A stretch of 64,000 nucleotides of DNA from Spirochaetia bacterium (GTDB lineage: Bacteria; Spirochaetota; Spirochaetia; UBA9216). The notes under the pieces are model-generated. The model made no database searches and was not told the DNA's origin. It saw only the letters and a program-made list of their open reading frames with translations. Numbering within the stretch: the stretch's first letter is position 1; each line of letters opens with the position of its first letter. Position numbers and translations under genes: made by a program. The stretch is from assembly GCA_963677925.2 (NCBI GenBank), contig CAXXYH010000003.1, positions 1,216,001 through 1,280,000 on the forward strand, in the 5' to 3' direction. Below, piece after piece: positions 60,171 through 64,000 of this stretch.

Positions 60171-60878
60171 ATGAAAGAATATTTACAGGAAACTGAGTTA
60201 TTAAATTTTACTAATCCATCAATAACTGAACTTTCATTAAAAATGGGGTGGAAAAATCTATCTGAGACAGAAAAAATAAGAAGTATCTATGATTATGTAC
60301 GTGATGATATAAAATTCGGCTATAACATAGATGACAAAATTCCCGCCAGTCAGGTTCTAAGCGACGGATACGGTCAATGCAATACAAAAGCGATTTTATT
60401 TATGACGTTGCTCCGGAAAGAAGGAATTCCGTGCAGATTTCACGGCTTTACTATCAATAAAGCACTGCAGAAAGGAGCGATTACCGGTATATGGTACAAG
60501 CTTAGTCCAAAGTCCATTGTTCATAGCTGGGTCGAAATTTATCACGATGGTGTTTGGTATGATATAGAAGGATTTATAATTGACATTGAATATTTGACGA
60601 CAATACAGATGCTGAATCCGGATTCTAAAAACTTCTGCGGATACGGGATCGCCACAAAAGACCTGATGAATCCTGAGGTTAAATGGAACAGAAACAATAC
60701 CTACATACAGAAAGAAGGGATCAATAATGATTTTGGAATTTACAGCGATCCTGATTCATTTTTCGGTGAACACAGTCAAAAACTTGGACACCTGAAGCGA
60801 ACTGTATACAGACATCTCACAAGACATATAATGAACAGAAATGTAAAAAGAATCAGAACTTATCAAATCAAAGAATAA
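60171..60878 (+). CDS. Transglutaminase-like protein
   Basis: GQCNTK, HSWVE and DIEG catalytic triad region. Confidence 0.88.
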   Translation: MKEYLQETELLNFTNPSITELSLKMGWKNLSETEKIRSIYDYVRDDIKFGYNIDDKIPASQVLSDGYGQCNTKAILFMTLLRKEGIPCRFHGFTINKALQKGAITGIWYKLSPKSIVHSWVEIYHDGVWYDIEGFIIDIEYLTTIQMLNPDSKNFCGYGIATKDLMNPEVKWNRNNTYIQKEGINNDFGIYSDPDSFFGEHSQKLGHLKRTVYRHLTRHIMNRNVKRIRTYQIKE

Positions 60879-60956
60879 AGTTTACAAAAAAGGTTCATTA
60901 AATTTTTTGTTTTAATTATAGTTAATCCAGTTTCAACAAGTTTGAGGAGGTTAAAT

Positions 60957-61445
60957 ATGGAAGCAAAAAAAATCGGTGACAGTGCTCTGACAATGATTCA
61001 GCTCATGGAAAGGGCGGACGCGAACCTGGCAGGCAACGTTCATGGCGGTGTTATCATGAAACTGGTGGATAATGCCGCCGGTATAGTATGCGCAAGGCAC
61101 AGCGGACGGAATGCGGTTACCGCCTCAATTGACAGGCTTGATTTTCACTCCCCTGTATTTATCGGGGATCTTATCAGGATTCACGCAAGTATAAACTACG
61201 TTGGAAAAACCTCAATGGAGGTCGGTGTAAGGGTTGAGGCTGAAGATGTGATCACGAGTGAAATCAGACACACAGGTTCGGCCTACCTGACATATGTATC
61301 ACTTGATGATAAGCTTCGGCCGGTTGAACTTCCTCCCCTGATTGTCGAGACTGAGGCGGAAAAACGAAGACACGCCGCAGCCATTGAGCGAAAGGCCAGC
61401 AGAATGAAAGAAAGAAAAGCGGAGAAAGAATCCGGAGATATTTAA
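60957..61445 (+). CDS. Acyl-CoA thioesterase (YciA/HotDog)
   Basis: DANLAGNVHGG, VTASID and GKTSMEVGV; GAGGAGG RBS. Confidence 0.92.
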   Translation: MEAKKIGDSALTMIQLMERADANLAGNVHGGVIMKLVDNAAGIVCARHSGRNAVTASIDRLDFHSPVFIGDLIRIHASINYVGKTSMEVGVRVEAEDVITSEIRHTGSAYLTYVSLDDKLRPVELPPLIVETEAEKRRHAAAIERKASRMKERKAEKESGDI

Positions 61446-61448
61446 AAT

Positions 61449-61486
61449 AAAAGGGAAGCAATTGCGAAAACCAGCTTCCCTTTTTT
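61449..61486. terminator. Bidirectional terminator
   Basis: AAAAGGGAAGC/GCTTCCCTTTT between convergent genes. Confidence 0.7.
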
Positions 61487-62117
61487 ATATATTGTTAAGC
61501 AGATCGCTGACTGAGCTTAAAATAAAATCAGCCTTTCCGTAATTTACTGCGTCCCCGATTGCAGCCGATCTGAATCCTCCGGCTATTGCGGCATCTATGC
61601 CGGAATATGCATCTTCCACAACCAGACATTCTGCGGGCTCAAGGCCGAGGAACTCTGCAGCTTTAAGAAATACTTCAGGGTCGGGTTTGCTGTTTTTAAT
61701 GTTGGTTCCGTCTGAGACAGCATCAAAAAGTTCCGTTATACCCGTCTTCTCAAGAATAAATTTGGCATTCCGGCTTGAACTTCCAATAGCGGTTTTAATG
61801 CCCCGCCTTCTGAGTTCATTCAGTGTATCCAGCACTCCGCTATCAAGAGATTCAGGAGACATTTCATTCAATGATTCCTTGTATACTTCATTTTTTTCTG
61901 TTGTGTATTGGAGCTTTTCATTCTCATCCATACTCCGGCTGTTATGTTCAAGAATAATCTCAAAACTTTCCATTCTTGACACACCCCGGAGCCGGTTATT
62001 GATCTGTTCGTCAAACTCAAGCCCCAGGCGGTCTGCAACAACTTTCCAGGCTTTATAATGATAGTCATCGGTATGAACCAGAACTCCGTCGAGATCGAAT
62101 ATAATTCCCTTTATCAT
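61485..62117 (-). CDS. pgmB: Beta-phosphoglucomutase
   Basis: FDLDGVL..T..H..AW, LRGVSR, SSSRNA, KPDPE and VEDA; AAGGAG RBS. Confidence 0.9.
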   Translation of the reverse strand: MIKGIIFDLDGVLVHTDDYHYKAWKVVADRLGLEFDEQINNRLRGVSRMESFEIILEHNSRSMDENEKLQYTTEKNEVYKESLNEMSPESLDSGVLDTLNELRRRGIKTAIGSSSRNAKFILEKTGITELFDAVSDGTNIKNSKPDPEVFLKAAEFLGLEPAECLVVEDAYSGIDAAIAGGFRSAAIGDAVNYGKADFILSSVSDLLNNI

Positions 62118-62127
62118 TTTGAACTCC

Positions 62128-63834
62128 TTACAGTCTTGTATCCCATTTTCCGCAGAAAGGATCAACAGGACTAATACCTTTGAATGGGGATCTGCCCATC
62201 AGTTTGTCGATAAGTTTCTCAAGTGTGACATCGTTGGAGCTGTATGTATTGATATAGGTTTTAACACGTGGAACATCAAGCAGATGGTAGGGATTCTCAA
62301 GCGAGATAAACACCGTGGGCACTGAAGTCATATAGATTGGAACATTTGCTCCCATCGGCATAGCCCACTCTATTCTTACAACTGTCTGATTGCTTTTTGT
62401 ATCAAGACTTGCAAGATAGAGAATCAGATCATAATTATCAGTTATTTCAGTGGACGCCTGCATAAGGCCTTCCATTCCCTTTGAAGGATCAAAACGATCC
62501 ACTTTGAAACCCTCGGCTTCAAGCATTTCCATAAATGTCCGATAGACAGGTTTTTTCTCTCCGTGAAAGAATCCTCCTTCATCCTGGATATCATAGAGAA
62601 GTACTCTTTTATATTTTTCGGGAGAAAGAGGCAGAATATCCTCGAGATTTTTAACGAGTGTTATAGATTCATCAGCGCATTCTTCTGCCCAGTTTTTATA
62701 TTTATGAGATCCCAACGCCGACTTAAGTGCGCCAAGTTCAGGGACGGTTTCTCCGCTCTTGTGCTTTTGATGAAGCTTCAGCGCAGCCTTTAAAGCGAGT
62801 ATCCTTGTTACTGCCTCATCAAGCCGCTGCGCGGTAATTGTTCCGTCAGCGACACCGGCCTTCATGAATGCAAAGTCCTCTTCCATATTTCTTGTAAAAA
62901 GAAACATATCACAGCCCGCAGCAATAGCAGCCGGAACAGCCTTTGCTCTCGGCATGGGAATGGCCATCCCGGCCATCGCTGTAGCATCGGAGATTACAAG
63001 ACCGTTGAACCCGAGCTCCTTCCGAAGAAGACCTTCTATAAGTTCCGGAGACAGGGTTGCAGGAAGAATTTCATCGTCACTCAGTTCAGGGTTGAGCTTA
63101 CGGCTCCAGGAAGGAAGCATGATATGCCCGGCCATCACCGTCAGCACTCCGGCATCAATACAGTCCCGGAATATCTTTCCGTATGTTCTGTCCCAGTCTT
63201 CACAGCTCAGGTCATTAACAGTGGAAACCAGATGCTGATCCCTTTCATCAACCCCGTCACCGGGAAAGTGCTTCGCAGTGGCAGCCATGCCTTCCTTCTG
63301 TACAGCTTTTATAAATTCGGTCCCCATGGAGGATACAGTCTGCGGATCGGAACCGAAGGTACGCAGATTGGTAATGGGATTGCGGAAATTCATATCAATA
63401 TCAACAATAGGAGCGAAGGTCCAGTTTGCTCCGCAGGCAAGTCCCTCAACAGCACAGATCTCTCCAAGCCGGCGTGCAGTTTCAGTTTTACCCGTAGCAG
63501 CGGTCTGCATGGGAGAGCCCAGCGAGGTGCCGCCGTTTACCAGTCCGTTGCCGCCTCTTTCAAGATTTGCTGAGATAAGCATCGGAATTTCTGTGTTCTT
63601 CTGCAGAGTGCCGATAGTTTTAACAAGCTCTTCAGGCTCCATTGCACGGCACATCAGACCTCCCGGTTTTATATCCTTCGCCATGTGCATCAGAAAACCT
63701 TCATCCGGCGCATAGGCAATGAGACAGAACAGCTGGGCAATTTTTTCATCTTCAGAGAGGTCGGCAAGTGAAGAGTTAACCCATTTAATATCATCATCAC
63801 AGAGGTTAAATGGTTTAGCTTTAAGATCTATCAT
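62128..63834 (-). CDS. Glycoside hydrolase family 3 (Nag3/BglP-like)
   Basis: KHFPGDGVDERDQH and nucleophile motif ISDATAM; AGGAG RBS before MIDLKAKPF. Confidence 0.9.
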   Translation of the reverse strand: MIDLKAKPFNLCDDDIKWVNSSLADLSEDEKIAQLFCLIAYAPDEGFLMHMAKDIKPGGLMCRAMEPEELVKTIGTLQKNTEIPMLISANLERGGNGLVNGGTSLGSPMQTAATGKTETARRLGEICAVEGLACGANWTFAPIVDIDMNFRNPITNLRTFGSDPQTVSSMGTEFIKAVQKEGMAATAKHFPGDGVDERDQHLVSTVNDLSCEDWDRTYGKIFRDCIDAGVLTVMAGHIMLPSWSRKLNPELSDDEILPATLSPELIEGLLRKELGFNGLVISDATAMAGMAIPMPRAKAVPAAIAAGCDMFLFTRNMEEDFAFMKAGVADGTITAQRLDEAVTRILALKAALKLHQKHKSGETVPELGALKSALGSHKYKNWAEECADESITLVKNLEDILPLSPEKYKRVLLYDIQDEGGFFHGEKKPVYRTFMEMLEAEGFKVDRFDPSKGMEGLMQASTEITDNYDLILYLASLDTKSNQTVVRIEWAMPMGANVPIYMTSVPTVFISLENPYHLLDVPRVKTYINTYSSNDVTLEKLIDKLMGRSPFKGISPVDPFCGKWDTRL

Positions 63835-63856
63835 ATAGAATTTCTCCTGTTGTTTT

Positions 63857-64000
63857 TTATTCTCCGGCAAAGGCGGCATTCACCGTTTCAATTGCGGTAT
63901 CCGGGTTCGGAAGCATCTGCAGGGCACTTCGCAGCGTCACAAGTTTTTCAGTAAAAATAACCGCCTTAAGAAATCCCGGCGCGTCGAGTTCATCAAGGGT
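63857..64000 (-). CDS. 3' end of an upstream gene (partial, runs off the window)
   Basis: Open frame TLDELDAPGFLKAVIFTEK...AAFAGE-stop directly upstream of the GH3 gene. Confidence 0.6.
   Translation of the reverse strand, partial: TLDELDAPGFLKAVIFTEKLVTLRSALQMLPNPDTAIETVNAAFAGE

Noticed and set aside
50714-60878. A complete integrative element at tRNA-Arg
   Set aside because: Accessory-looking cargo, but no integrase, transposase or distal att copy was noticed in the window

Overview
Gene-dense bacterial chromosome segment. The gene content suggests a free-living anaerobe, probably Spirochaetales (inference only). It holds three tRNAs (Pro-GGG, Pro-TGG, Arg-TCT) and core genes (ppk2, leuCD, trxA, PPi-PFK, recQ, sodA, rpmB, nth). 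It also has an aryl-acid cluster (SSS symporter, iorAB, paaK, aminotransferase) and many c-di-GMP proteins (4 GGDEF, a degenerate EAL, a degenerate HD-GYP and a stand-alone MshEN-like protein). An accessory region follows tRNA-Arg: DUF4384 protein, WD40-PDZ-caspase, PTP-like phosphatase and an ADP-ribosylglycohydrolase fusion. The most striking system is at 33675-40469: a biotin-dependent, Na+-pumping malonate/methylmalonate decarboxylation locus. It has a family III CoA-transferase instead of the ACP machinery and is preceded by a HutP-family RNA-binding protein and a leader with UAG repeats overlapping an intrinsic terminator. Other non-coding signals are direct repeats bracketing a Fic gene, mini-elements duplicating tRNA 3' ends, a perfect 48-bp palindrome, a ~185-nt rod-like hairpin and tandem NrtR-like boxes. 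No CRISPR array, integrase or transposase was seen. All calls come from manual motif recognition; no searches were run.
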